NCBI GenBank assembly: GCA_964540105.1 | Contig: CAZILL010000002.1 | Span: 811,705-875,704 of the forward strand | Direction of reading: 5' to 3' | DNA length: 64,000 nt | From: an uncultured Ignavibacteriales bacterium | GTDB lineage: Bacteria > Zixibacteria > MSB-5A5 > GN15 > FEB-12 | In this document: positions 45,355 to 53,969 of the stretch, piece after piece | How positions within the stretch are numbered: the stretch's first letter is position 1 | Layout: each line of letters opens with the position of its first letter | The notes under the pieces: generated by a model | What the model saw: the letters and a program-made list of their open reading frames with translations, nothing else | Databases searched by the model: none | What the model was told of the DNA's origin: nothing | Position numbers and translations under genes: made by a program

Positions 45355-46164
45355 ATGAACTGCACTTCCCTCAAACGCTGGGCGATCATACTGACTGCCA
45401 GTTGCTGCGCCGGATCACTTTACGGACAGGTAAGTTATCCGGCGCTCACCATCCAGGAAGAGTTTCACCAGCGGATGGGAGATCTTAGCCCGCGATTTGC
45501 GGCGCTCTCAGACAGCTCGCGGCGCCCAAGCCAGGCCGTCGGAACAGAGCCCAGCGATGAGGGGACAAGACGCAAGTCTTCCGCAAAGGCGCTTCTGCTC
45601 TCCGCGGTTGTGCCGGGGGCGGGACAGTTCTATCTGGGACAGAGAAGCCGCGCTCGTTTCTTCTTCGCCGGTGAAGCGCTCTCATGGATTGGCTATGCGT
45701 CGTTTCGGCTGTTTGGCCACTGGCGCGAGGAAGACATGATCCGATTTGCCCGCCAGCGCGCGGGAGCAGATTTGAATGGGAAATCCGAACGGTTTCAGGA
45801 CATCGTCGGCTTCTATTGGGACATAGACCAGTACAATTCACTGGGGCGTGCTTATGACCCACAACGCGCATATCTTCCAGACACGCCGGAAAATCACTGG
45901 CGATGGCAGGATCCGGCCGATCAGGTATCGTATCGGCTGCTGAAGAATCGCAGCCGGGGAGCGTTCGATCGAGCCCGACTCATGATCGGCGTTATGGTCG
46001 TCAACCGCGCTCTCAGCGTTATTGACACCTATCGCGAGCTGCGTCATCGAAATTCCCGCAAGGGGCTTTCATCGTCGCTGACCGATCTGGGTAATTATTC
46101 GCTCGATTTCGATCCGTTTGGCCGGAATGATCAGGTGACCCTCACGTGGCGTGCACCGTTCTGA
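45355..46164 (+). CDS. hypothetical envelope protein, PGAGQFY-motif family (DUF5683-like), paralogue 2
   Basis: KSSAKALLLSAVVPGAGQFYLGQRSRARFFFAGEALSWI. The C-terminal FDRARLMIGVMVVNRALSVID matches FEQSRAMIMLAMANRIISSFE in paralogue 1. Confidence 0.55.
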   Translation: MNCTSLKRWAIILTASCCAGSLYGQVSYPALTIQEEFHQRMGDLSPRFAALSDSSRRPSQAVGTEPSDEGTRRKSSAKALLLSAVVPGAGQFYLGQRSRARFFFAGEALSWIGYASFRLFGHWREEDMIRFARQRAGADLNGKSERFQDIVGFYWDIDQYNSLGRAYDPQRAYLPDTPENHWRWQDPADQVSYRLLKNRSRGAFDRARLMIGVMVVNRALSVIDTYRELRHRNSRKGLSSSLTDLGNYSLDFDPFGRNDQVTLTWRAPF

Positions 46165-46166
46165 TC

Positions 46167-47135
46167 ATGCGGCGATCCCCTTTCCCGGCGACGCTCGCCT
46201 TGCTGGCATTGCTTACTCAGTCCTGCACCAAGCCGCCGTCGAAAATAGATCACACCACAGCGCTCACGGTGCGACGACCTGCCGAACTACTTGTAAAGCA
46301 AGTCATCTCCGGCCCTATCCTTGGCATGCAGATGAAGAACCCTTCGGGGCTCGCCGCCGATGATCAAGGTGCACTCTACGTTTGCGACGCGGGCAACAAT
46401 CGAATACTCAAGTTCGGCAGCGATCTGACGCCGGTCAGGGAGTCAGGTGGTTTCGGGAGTGAACCCGGGCTGTTCGGCCAGCCGCGCTTTGTAACAGTCG
46501 ACAACCGCTTGAACCTATGGGTCACCGATCCGGGAAGTCGGCGCGTTGTTCGTCTTGACGCAAACCTCAAGTACGTCGACGAAGTGAACTTGCATGATGA
46601 ACAGGATGCTCTGAAGTACGGCGCTCCCACCGGCGTCGCGTCGTCCATCTACGGCGTCTTGTGGATAGCGGATCGAGAGAAGAGTCGCGTTGCTACGTTT
46701 GATAACGTCGGCCGTTTTGACCGATTTGTTGGCGACTTCGGTTATAGCGGAGGACAGCTTCTCCACCCCGAGAAGATCATCACGGGCCCCGACGACGAGT
46801 ATGTCGTGTGCGATGCCGGCAACCGCAGGATCGTTTTCTACGACAGCTACGGAAACTTCACGAGGACCCTGGAAAATCCCCGATTCGAGTTTCCCGTTGC
46901 CGTCACCGATGATCGCGCCGGGAACCTCTGGATTCTCGATCAGAAGCTCGGTATCCTGAGTCTCTACGATCAGCAAAGACGCTTCGTGCTGGAGCGAGGC
47001 CCGCAATTGAACGGCAACTCGACCGCTCTTCGTGCTCCTTCCGATATTGCAGTGATGTCCGACGGACGGATAGTCATCGCTGATAGTGGCAACAACCGTC
47101 TCGTCGTATGTGAAACAATCTCTGCTGCTCCGTAA
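46167..47135 (+). CDS. NHL-repeat beta-propeller lipoprotein
   Basis: The lipoprotein signal is MRRSPFPATLALLALLTQSC. At least five NHL repeats are present: LYVCDAGNNRILKF, LWVTDPGSRRVVRL, LWIADREKSRVATF, YVVCDAGNRRIVFYD and IVIADSGNNRLVVC. I prefer the ATG at 46167 over the GTG at 46146. Confidence 0.8.
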   Translation: MRRSPFPATLALLALLTQSCTKPPSKIDHTTALTVRRPAELLVKQVISGPILGMQMKNPSGLAADDQGALYVCDAGNNRILKFGSDLTPVRESGGFGSEPGLFGQPRFVTVDNRLNLWVTDPGSRRVVRLDANLKYVDEVNLHDEQDALKYGAPTGVASSIYGVLWIADREKSRVATFDNVGRFDRFVGDFGYSGGQLLHPEKIITGPDDEYVVCDAGNRRIVFYDSYGNFTRTLENPRFEFPVAVTDDRAGNLWILDQKLGILSLYDQQRRFVLERGPQLNGNSTALRAPSDIAVMSDGRIVIADSGNNRLVVCETISAAP

Positions 47136-47147
47136 GAGCCGGGTGAA

Positions 47148-50100
47148 ATGGACAGGGGCTGGTTCGCACAGGCGTGCAGGATTGCGGCGTGCGGCTGCCT
47201 TTTCACCCAGATGGCCATTGCCCGGACCGACACTCTGCTGGTAGGTTCGGCGATTCCCTCCCGGTTCTTGATTCCAGCCAGTCGCATCTTTTCTAATTCG
47301 GACACATTATACATGAACGGGCGGCTCCTCGCTCGTGGCACGGAGTACCGGTTGGGCGCGGGTGAGAACCTGTTCGAACTTGCTCAGATTCAACGCACCC
47401 CCAACGACACCCTGCGGATCATCTATCATGAATGGCCGAACTGGATGCTCAAATCGTTTGGTCGGCCAATACCTGAAGCGACTGATCGACCCACGGTCGT
47501 CCCACAAGAACCCACGATCGCCAGAAGCGCTAATCCCGGTCTCTTCGGCGAAGGGGTCAGGATCGATGGAGCCAAGTCGTTTCGTTTTTCCACGCGTACT
47601 TCGGGGAACGCTGAATTCGGCCAATCCCTTGATCTTCGCCTTAGCGGTGAACTGTCACCCGGGTTCGAACTCACCGGTGCAATTTCTGATCGGGGCTACA
47701 ACCCCAGCTACGGCACCTCCAATAGCCGACTTAGTGAGCTCGACAAAGTCAATCTCCAGTTGAAATCATCACACCTACAGGCACGTGTCGGTGATATCGA
47801 CATGGCTGCTTCTCAGAAGTCGGGGAATAAGCAGGCCTCAGGCTTCTCGATTGCGCTTTCGTATCCGCAATGGCAGGCGCACGGCGCTATCGCCCGACCC
47901 AGAGGCAGATTTCAAACCATCTCATTTCCAGGGCTCGATGGCTTTCAGGGACCGTATCAGATCGCTTCCGGGTCCAAGATTACTCCTGTTGTTCCGAATT
48001 CCGAAACGGTCTGGCTTGACGGTCAGAAGCTGGAGCGAGGGATCGAAAAGGACTATTCAATCGATTACCCGGCAGGTCGAATAACCTTGAGCAGCCGCCA
48101 TCCGATTGACCGCAGAAGTCGCTTCGAGGTCGACTTTGAGCCACAGTTAGACGCGTATCGCATGGAAATGGCCGAAGTAGGCGGCGCGGTTCAAGCGAAG
48201 GACTCCCTATTCGCGTTCTCTGTGGATGCAACGCGTGAGGGGGATAATCGGAACCAGTCGATCGGAATCGGGTTGTCTGAAACCGACAGACAGATTCTCG
48301 AGAACAGCGCCGACAGCGCTGCTTCGCGCTCCGGCGTCGTTCAGGACACGGCAGGCGATTACGAACTGGAGACTGAGCTTCTTCCAGACTCAGTCTTTCG
48401 CTACGTTGGTCCGTCGAATGGCACCTATCGGATAACCTTCACGTACGTAGGCATTGGTCGCGGTTCGTATCATTTCTTTGGAGCCGGGAACTATCAGTTC
48501 GCCGGGCGGGATTCCGGGGACTACCTGCCGATTGTCATCCTCACCAAGCCTGAGCGACTCGATTCGTATCGTGCTCGTGCGAGTTTTCGCCCGAGCGACT
48601 TGGGGAGATTCACAGTTGACTATCGCCAGACGGAATTCGACGATAATCTGTTCTCAAGTCAACCGCGCACGCGGCAGACCGGTCGAGCGTACCTGGCTTC
48701 GTATGCGAGACAGTGGCAATCTGGGGAGCAGATCAACTCGATCAGCCTCAGTCGCCGTTATCGTCAACCAACGTTCCGATCTCGGGAGCGCTTCTCGCCG
48801 GTCGACCTCGTTCGGGATTTCCTCGTCCCGACTTCCGATAGTACTACCTCTTCTACCGAAACATGGCAGGAATTCAAGGGTGAGTTCCATCTGATTCGTG
48901 CACTGGCAATCACCCCATCGTATTCCACGTTATCCTACGGCCGGGGCTTTTCATCGCGAGCAGGCAGCGTTGGGATCGTATTGAGACCGCTGTCACACTT
49001 CACGTCGAATCTGTCATGGCGGGCCGTTGCGGCTCACCGCTCTACCGATTCCGCCTCACTGCCGGGAGAAGCGAACAGCTACGCGGCGACCGTCGCCTAT
49101 CGGTTCAGTCAAGACCATTCCATCGAAATAGGGGCAGAGCTCGATTCACGGGAACACTATTACTCTGGCCTGCCAAAAGGGACGCGGTTTGTGCGTTCTT
49201 TCGCGAATCTTACTGTTGGCCACGAGCGTTTGCGCTACGAGTACTACCGTGAGGACAGCCTTTCGACCACTTGGTTTACTGACCTTCGGAGGCAGCGCAT
49301 CACCTCGCGCTCGGAGCGGGCGCTGGGAAACCTCCGATATCAGATTGACGCTTCATACCAATGGTTGCAGCTATTGAGTAGTCGGCAGGGGAGTTTCCTG
49401 GCGCGCTCCAACCTGACCTATTCGAATCCGCAGAAGAACTTTGCAGCGAATGCCGCGATCTCACTGTCCGATGAACTGAGAAGTGAGCGCGGAATCAGCT
49501 ATCTGGAGGTGCCCTCAGGACGCGGGAACTACATTCTCGACAACGGGCGGTATGTACCCGATCCTGACGGCAACTTCGTTCAGGTCGAGGAGATTCTGTC
49601 GGCTCAATCTCGCGTGCGTCGCGCAGAGAAGAACTTCCAATTCAGCAAGGACTGGCGCGACGTCTCCATGCACTTCACCTCTGAGGTCAAAGAGGAACTG
49701 CTACCGGCCGGTACGCGACCCTGGATCTGGGCGCTGCCGTTCTATTCGGACGAATCCGAGGCGTATTTGTACCTTTCGAGACGATATGCCGGCGACCTTC
49801 ACCTGTTTGGCTGGAGCACATTTCACTTCGTGAACCTCGAGGCCTCAGAGGAACTCGAGAAACGTCGCCTCGGATCTCAAACTGCGCAACGTCGAGACCA
49901 GAAACTGCAACTCATGTTCAAAGAGGCTCTGGGGAGGCTGTATTGCGATCAGGCCCTTGATCTGTATCACTCGCGGCGCGATGCTTACTTCAGCAGCGGC
50001 GGCGACATCAGCGGTTACAAAGTTCGTACGGGAGTCAAACGGACGCTCGACGTCGGAGAGTACGGAGCCAGCCTGAGTTATCGAAGGGCAGCATCCAGCC

Positions 50101-50396
50101 ATGACGAACAGTCGCGCATTCTGTCAATCATCACCGACATACGTAGTCGACTGAGGCAGCGGGGGGAACTACGCATATCGGTCGAACTCTTTCGTCAGAT
50201 TCTCGATCGGGTTACAGAGTATCCTTCCTATCAACTCACCGATAACCACTTTGGTCAACGGGGAGCAAACTGGTCTTTAGCGCTCAATTACCGAATGAGG
50301 GAAGGGATGCGCCTCAACATCACACTTTCCGGTCGCTCCGCAGACGACCGCGCTGCGCGGATTACTGCCCGAGGTGAGTTTGTTACGGAGTTTTGA
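47148..50396 (+). CDS. large hypothetical outer-membrane protein (putative beta-barrel)
   Basis: 1082 aa with a signal-like N-terminus. It has long stretches of alternating polar and hydrophobic residues rich in Tyr/Arg/Ser/Gly, and a C-terminal aromatic beta-signal-like end ARGEFVTEF. No family is recognised. Confidence 0.6.
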   Translation: MDRGWFAQACRIAACGCLFTQMAIARTDTLLVGSAIPSRFLIPASRIFSNSDTLYMNGRLLARGTEYRLGAGENLFELAQIQRTPNDTLRIIYHEWPNWMLKSFGRPIPEATDRPTVVPQEPTIARSANPGLFGEGVRIDGAKSFRFSTRTSGNAEFGQSLDLRLSGELSPGFELTGAISDRGYNPSYGTSNSRLSELDKVNLQLKSSHLQARVGDIDMAASQKSGNKQASGFSIALSYPQWQAHGAIARPRGRFQTISFPGLDGFQGPYQIASGSKITPVVPNSETVWLDGQKLERGIEKDYSIDYPAGRITLSSRHPIDRRSRFEVDFEPQLDAYRMEMAEVGGAVQAKDSLFAFSVDATREGDNRNQSIGIGLSETDRQILENSADSAASRSGVVQDTAGDYELETELLPDSVFRYVGPSNGTYRITFTYVGIGRGSYHFFGAGNYQFAGRDSGDYLPIVILTKPERLDSYRARASFRPSDLGRFTVDYRQTEFDDNLFSSQPRTRQTGRAYLASYARQWQSGEQINSISLSRRYRQPTFRSRERFSPVDLVRDFLVPTSDSTTSSTETWQEFKGEFHLIRALAITPSYSTLSYGRGFSSRAGSVGIVLRPLSHFTSNLSWRAVAAHRSTDSASLPGEANSYAATVAYRFSQDHSIEIGAELDSREHYYSGLPKGTRFVRSFANLTVGHERLRYEYYREDSLSTTWFTDLRRQRITSRSERALGNLRYQIDASYQWLQLLSSRQGSFLARSNLTYSNPQKNFAANAAISLSDELRSERGISYLEVPSGRGNYILDNGRYVPDPDGNFVQVEEILSAQSRVRRAEKNFQFSKDWRDVSMHFTSEVKEELLPAGTRPWIWALPFYSDESEAYLYLSRRYAGDLHLFGWSTFHFVNLEASEELEKRRLGSQTAQRRDQKLQLMFKEALGRLYCDQALDLYHSRRDAYFSSGGDISGYKVRTGVKRTLDVGEYGASLSYRRAASSHDEQSRILSIITDIRSRLRQRGELRISVELFRQILDRVTEYPSYQLTDNHFGQRGANWSLALNYRMREGMRLNITLSGRSADDRAARITARGEFVTEF

Positions 50397-50399
50397 GTC

Positions 50400-52043
50400 A
50401 TGAAGTCAGTCTTCTGGGCAGCATCTGCAGTACTATTGAGCGTCTGTCAAGTGCACTCATCCACAATTCACTTCACTGGCACGCCGCCTGTTGAAAAGCA
50501 GGCGCTATTGAGAAGTAGTGATCGGCTGCTCAGAAGCAGCGTACCACGCACGGTGGCGCTGGATTCGATCGCATTCTGGCTGATTGAGCTTGGCTATCTC
50601 GAAGCCACTGCAAGACAATCGGGAGACTCGATCCTTGTTTCGGCCGGGCCTCTTTATAGGCTTGAGACGGTTCGTGTCAGTCATGATTCTACGATGGCAT
50701 TTCATCCAAGAACAGCTTTCTCGAAGTTGGCCCTCGAGGCGGCTGCCGACTCGCTGCTCTCCCGTTACCAAGTCGACGGTCACTACTATGCTCGCGCTTC
50801 GATAGACTCAACGACGCGCGCCGGCAACGATCTCTCAATCTCGGCGAAGATCAATCCCGGGCCGGTCGTGACGATCAGAAAGAGAATCTACAACGGGCTC
50901 AGGTACAGCCGCCCGGGACTGGTCGACCGCTTCCTGCGAAACGACTTCGGCGAGTTGCTCACCCAAACGGCAATTGAACGAGTAGAGCGGGACGCTTCTG
51001 CGATACCCTTTCTGGAAGCGATCTTGCCGGTTACGGTTGAGCCTTGCCCCGGATACACACAAGCCGACTTGGTCTTTACCTTTGCAGAGAAGCGCCAGTT
51101 CCGCTTCTTTGGTGGCGCTGGCTATCTGCCCGACAATTCAACCGGTCTGGTCTGGAACGTCGATCTTACGCTGCAGAATCTCTTTGGAGATGGAAGACAG
51201 CTCTCGCTTCGTTCGGAGAGGCGAGAATTGGGAAAGAACACGCTGTCGATCAGTTATGTTCAACCTTCATTCTTGCTGGGAATCGGTGAACTCCGGGCTG
51301 AAGTCTCCACGCGCGATTATCGCAATCAATTTTACGAGTTCGCAATGTCTGCTGAGCAGACCACTCGCTTGGCTGATCATCTGGACGTAGGCGTCGGGAT
51401 TGGCTGGAAGCGTGTTGAGCCTGCTCAGCGGGAGATCGGCTACAATCGTGTAACGGCGGAGGTCACAGGCAGCCGCTCATCGTTTGGACTGGTCCAGAAT
51501 CCCGTAAGCGGGGTAGCCCTTTCCTGGAGTGTCGCCTATGCCCATCGCAGCTATCGACCCGACAGTTCGTTTTTCTCCACCCAGAGCACATCGTTTAGTG
51601 AAACACGAACATCCGCCAGCTTCGACTGGTATCATTGCCTGGCCGGACCGATTGTTTCGCGCCTGCGTGCCCGCTATCAAGGCCTTGAGACGTCGGAAAG
51701 TACGCCACCCCTCTCCGAGCTCTATCTTGTGGGCGGGGCACTCACTCTCCGTGGCTTTCGCAATGATCAGTTCGCCGCCCAGCGAACCGTCCTCGCAACA
51801 GTGGAACCTCGGGTGAGGTTCCACTCGTCATACCTCTTTCTCTTTTGCGATGCGGCGTATATCAACCGACCGTCAAGCGGGTCAATCGAAGGGTCGACGG
51901 TCAAGGAGCTCTTCCGCAACGGCTATGGGGTCGGGTTTGCCATCGTCGACAGAGCGAGCTTTCTCCGCCTTTCGCTCGGATGGAATCCTGAGGTAGCGCT
52001 CTCCGAGCCGAGGCTGTTACTTGAGTTCTCCGCTGGATTATAG
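50400..52043 (+). CDS. Omp85/BamA-family (bacterial surface antigen D15) outer-membrane protein
   Basis: 547 aa with a signal peptide and POTRA-like N-terminal modules. The barrel carries the family motif LYLVGGALTLRGFRNDQF. It starts 3 nt after the upstream stop. Confidence 0.75.
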   Translation: MKSVFWAASAVLLSVCQVHSSTIHFTGTPPVEKQALLRSSDRLLRSSVPRTVALDSIAFWLIELGYLEATARQSGDSILVSAGPLYRLETVRVSHDSTMAFHPRTAFSKLALEAAADSLLSRYQVDGHYYARASIDSTTRAGNDLSISAKINPGPVVTIRKRIYNGLRYSRPGLVDRFLRNDFGELLTQTAIERVERDASAIPFLEAILPVTVEPCPGYTQADLVFTFAEKRQFRFFGGAGYLPDNSTGLVWNVDLTLQNLFGDGRQLSLRSERRELGKNTLSISYVQPSFLLGIGELRAEVSTRDYRNQFYEFAMSAEQTTRLADHLDVGVGIGWKRVEPAQREIGYNRVTAEVTGSRSSFGLVQNPVSGVALSWSVAYAHRSYRPDSSFFSTQSTSFSETRTSASFDWYHCLAGPIVSRLRARYQGLETSESTPPLSELYLVGGALTLRGFRNDQFAAQRTVLATVEPRVRFHSSYLFLFCDAAYINRPSSGSIEGSTVKELFRNGYGVGFAIVDRASFLRLSLGWNPEVALSEPRLLLEFSAGL

Positions 52044-52051
52044 TTGTTGAT

Positions 52052-52930
52052 TTGGCTCTCGTGTCGAGCTACTCTCCGCGCGTGTCGAAGCTCTCTGCAA
52101 TCGCCCGACTTGTTCGCCTCCCAAATTGTCTGATCGCTGCTGCCGGAGTTCTTGTCGGGGCTCACATGGCGGGAGGAATTCGATCAATGTCAGCAATGGC
52201 GCTTTCAGCCCTTGCCGCATCCCTCGTATGTGGAGCGGGGAATATTTCCAACGACATTCTCGATCTACGTATCGATGGCATCAATCGCCCAGACCGTGTT
52301 CTTGTCAGAGGGCTGCTCACGGTCCCATTCGCTCGACGGCTGGCCTTTACCTGCAATCTCCTTGCACTCCTTGTCGCCGGATTTGTCGGCGTGGCGGCGA
52401 CGGGTTTCGTCGCCGGAGCGATTGTTCTCTTGATGGTCTATAATCACTATCTGAAGAAAGTCATGCTGGTTGGCAATATCGCCGTTGCCGCTCTCGGGGC
52501 TTTGATCTTCATAACCGGCGCGGCAGTTGCAGGGAAGGGCTCTCTGCTGCAACTTCCCGGTCCGCTCATTGCATCAGTCTTCGCTTTCCTGATGAATTTG
52601 GCCAGGGAGCTGCTCAAAGATATCGAGGACGTTGAGGGGGATAGAGCGGAAGGAGTCGTTACGCTGCCGCAAGTTCTTGGCGCTACCCGTACGCAGGCTC
52701 TTGCTTGCCTAATCTGGCTCTTCTTGGTGAGTGTCACGTTTGTTCCGATCATTAAACACTGGTACGGAAGCTTCTACTCGGTCGCGGTTGTTCTTCTTTT
52801 CGATTTGCCGCTCTCCGCCATAATGTTGTGGATGATGTTCAGTCGCACGAAGCGATCAGTGGGCGTTGCTTCAGCGTCGCTAAAGATGGCAATGCCAGCC
52901 GGCATCATCATTCTCTTCTTAGCCCGATAG
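52052..52930 (+). CDS. UbiA-superfamily prenyltransferase, DGGGP-synthase-like
   Basis: 292 aa with ~8 TM helices. It has the N-terminal RLPNCLIAAAGVLVGA. The first Asp-rich motif is NISNDILDLRIDGINRPDRVL (NDxxDxxxD plus INRPDR). The second motif is LLKDIEDVEGDRAEGVVTLPQVLG. Confidence 0.8.
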   Translation: MALVSSYSPRVSKLSAIARLVRLPNCLIAAAGVLVGAHMAGGIRSMSAMALSALAASLVCGAGNISNDILDLRIDGINRPDRVLVRGLLTVPFARRLAFTCNLLALLVAGFVGVAATGFVAGAIVLLMVYNHYLKKVMLVGNIAVAALGALIFITGAAVAGKGSLLQLPGPLIASVFAFLMNLARELLKDIEDVEGDRAEGVVTLPQVLGATRTQALACLIWLFLVSVTFVPIIKHWYGSFYSVAVVLLFDLPLSAIMLWMMFSRTKRSVGVASASLKMAMPAGIIILFLAR

Positions 52931-53060
52931 TAGTTGCAACCTACGCGAATTCTACTTGTATAATTCCCCTGTATGGTTGAGGCAGGACCGTAACTAAACA
53001 CTTGACAAACAGTTACGCTTTGGTTTCTTGACCGGCTAAACATTTCACAAGGGTAAGAAT

Positions 53061-53951
53061 ATGGGTCGAATCCGGGCATGTGGAAGTCTGTTTTGGAGCC
53101 TGAGTTTGGGCGCGTTGCTTGCAGTTTCTTCCACTGCCGGCGAGATCAGCGTTTCTCAGGCGCTTGAGCGAACCGAAATCCCCTATAATTCGACAACAAC
53201 TTTGACTATCACGATCTCCTGGCGGGGAGCGCAATCGGCTTATCGCTTTGATCGCCCTCTCCAGCCGCAGCTCGACAAGCTCAAAGTGCGCGAGTTTTCT
53301 TCTACGATCAGCTCCGTTGGCGCCGTTCAGGAGGAGATTACCACCAAGAAGTTTCGATACACACTTATTCCTACGGGTTCTGGTCAGGGGCGGATTGAGC
53401 CGATCACAATCGCGTATGCATCCTGGCCTGACTCTGTTCCGGGGGAGCTTGTTACCGAGGGAATGTGGGTCACTATCGGACTCCCTCCGCCAGTTGAAAA
53501 GAGAGTTGGCTGGAGGGAGCGGCTGACCCTTCCCGTTATCGCTGTCCTTGGTCTTCTGGTCACGGCGGGAACGGGCGCAGTCTTCTATGTCAGGGCGCGT
53601 AACAAGAAACCTCGTGAGACTGTAAAGTCCCCAGCTGAGTTGTTCCTCGAGCAATTAACTGCGGCAAAGGGAGAATCGGGAGGCGACCTGAAGCGTTTCC
53701 AGACCCTTCTCTATCGCAACTTATTGTGGTATGTTCGTGTACAACACGGGGTAGAGCTTTCCGGCCTGACGATGGAGGAGATTCTACGAGTTGTTGATTC
53801 CAGCTCGATGCCGGATCAGCAGAAGGACAGAATATGCGGATGGTTGCTTCGTGCTGATCGGGAAAAATTCAGTCCTGCGACGCCGGCCCCGGGTGAGACC
53901 ATTCGACTGGAAGCAGAAGTTCGCCAGTTTTTTGAGACATTAACAGCATAG
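53061..53951 (+). CDS. BatD-N-like ectodomain / TM / DUF4381-like tail protein (paralogue of 56771-57805)
   Basis: It has a signal peptide, a beta-rich ~130-aa ectodomain, a single TM helix (LTLPVIAVLGLLVTAGTGAVFYV) and a cytoplasmic helical tail containing LTMEEILRVV and LLRADREKFSP. Confidence 0.55.
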   Translation: MGRIRACGSLFWSLSLGALLAVSSTAGEISVSQALERTEIPYNSTTTLTITISWRGAQSAYRFDRPLQPQLDKLKVREFSSTISSVGAVQEEITTKKFRYTLIPTGSGQGRIEPITIAYASWPDSVPGELVTEGMWVTIGLPPPVEKRVGWRERLTLPVIAVLGLLVTAGTGAVFYVRARNKKPRETVKSPAELFLEQLTAAKGESGGDLKRFQTLLYRNLLWYVRVQHGVELSGLTMEEILRVVDSSSMPDQQKDRICGWLLRADREKFSPATPAPGETIRLEAEVRQFFETLTA

Positions 53952-53969
53952 CGATAGAGCGGAGGTGCC

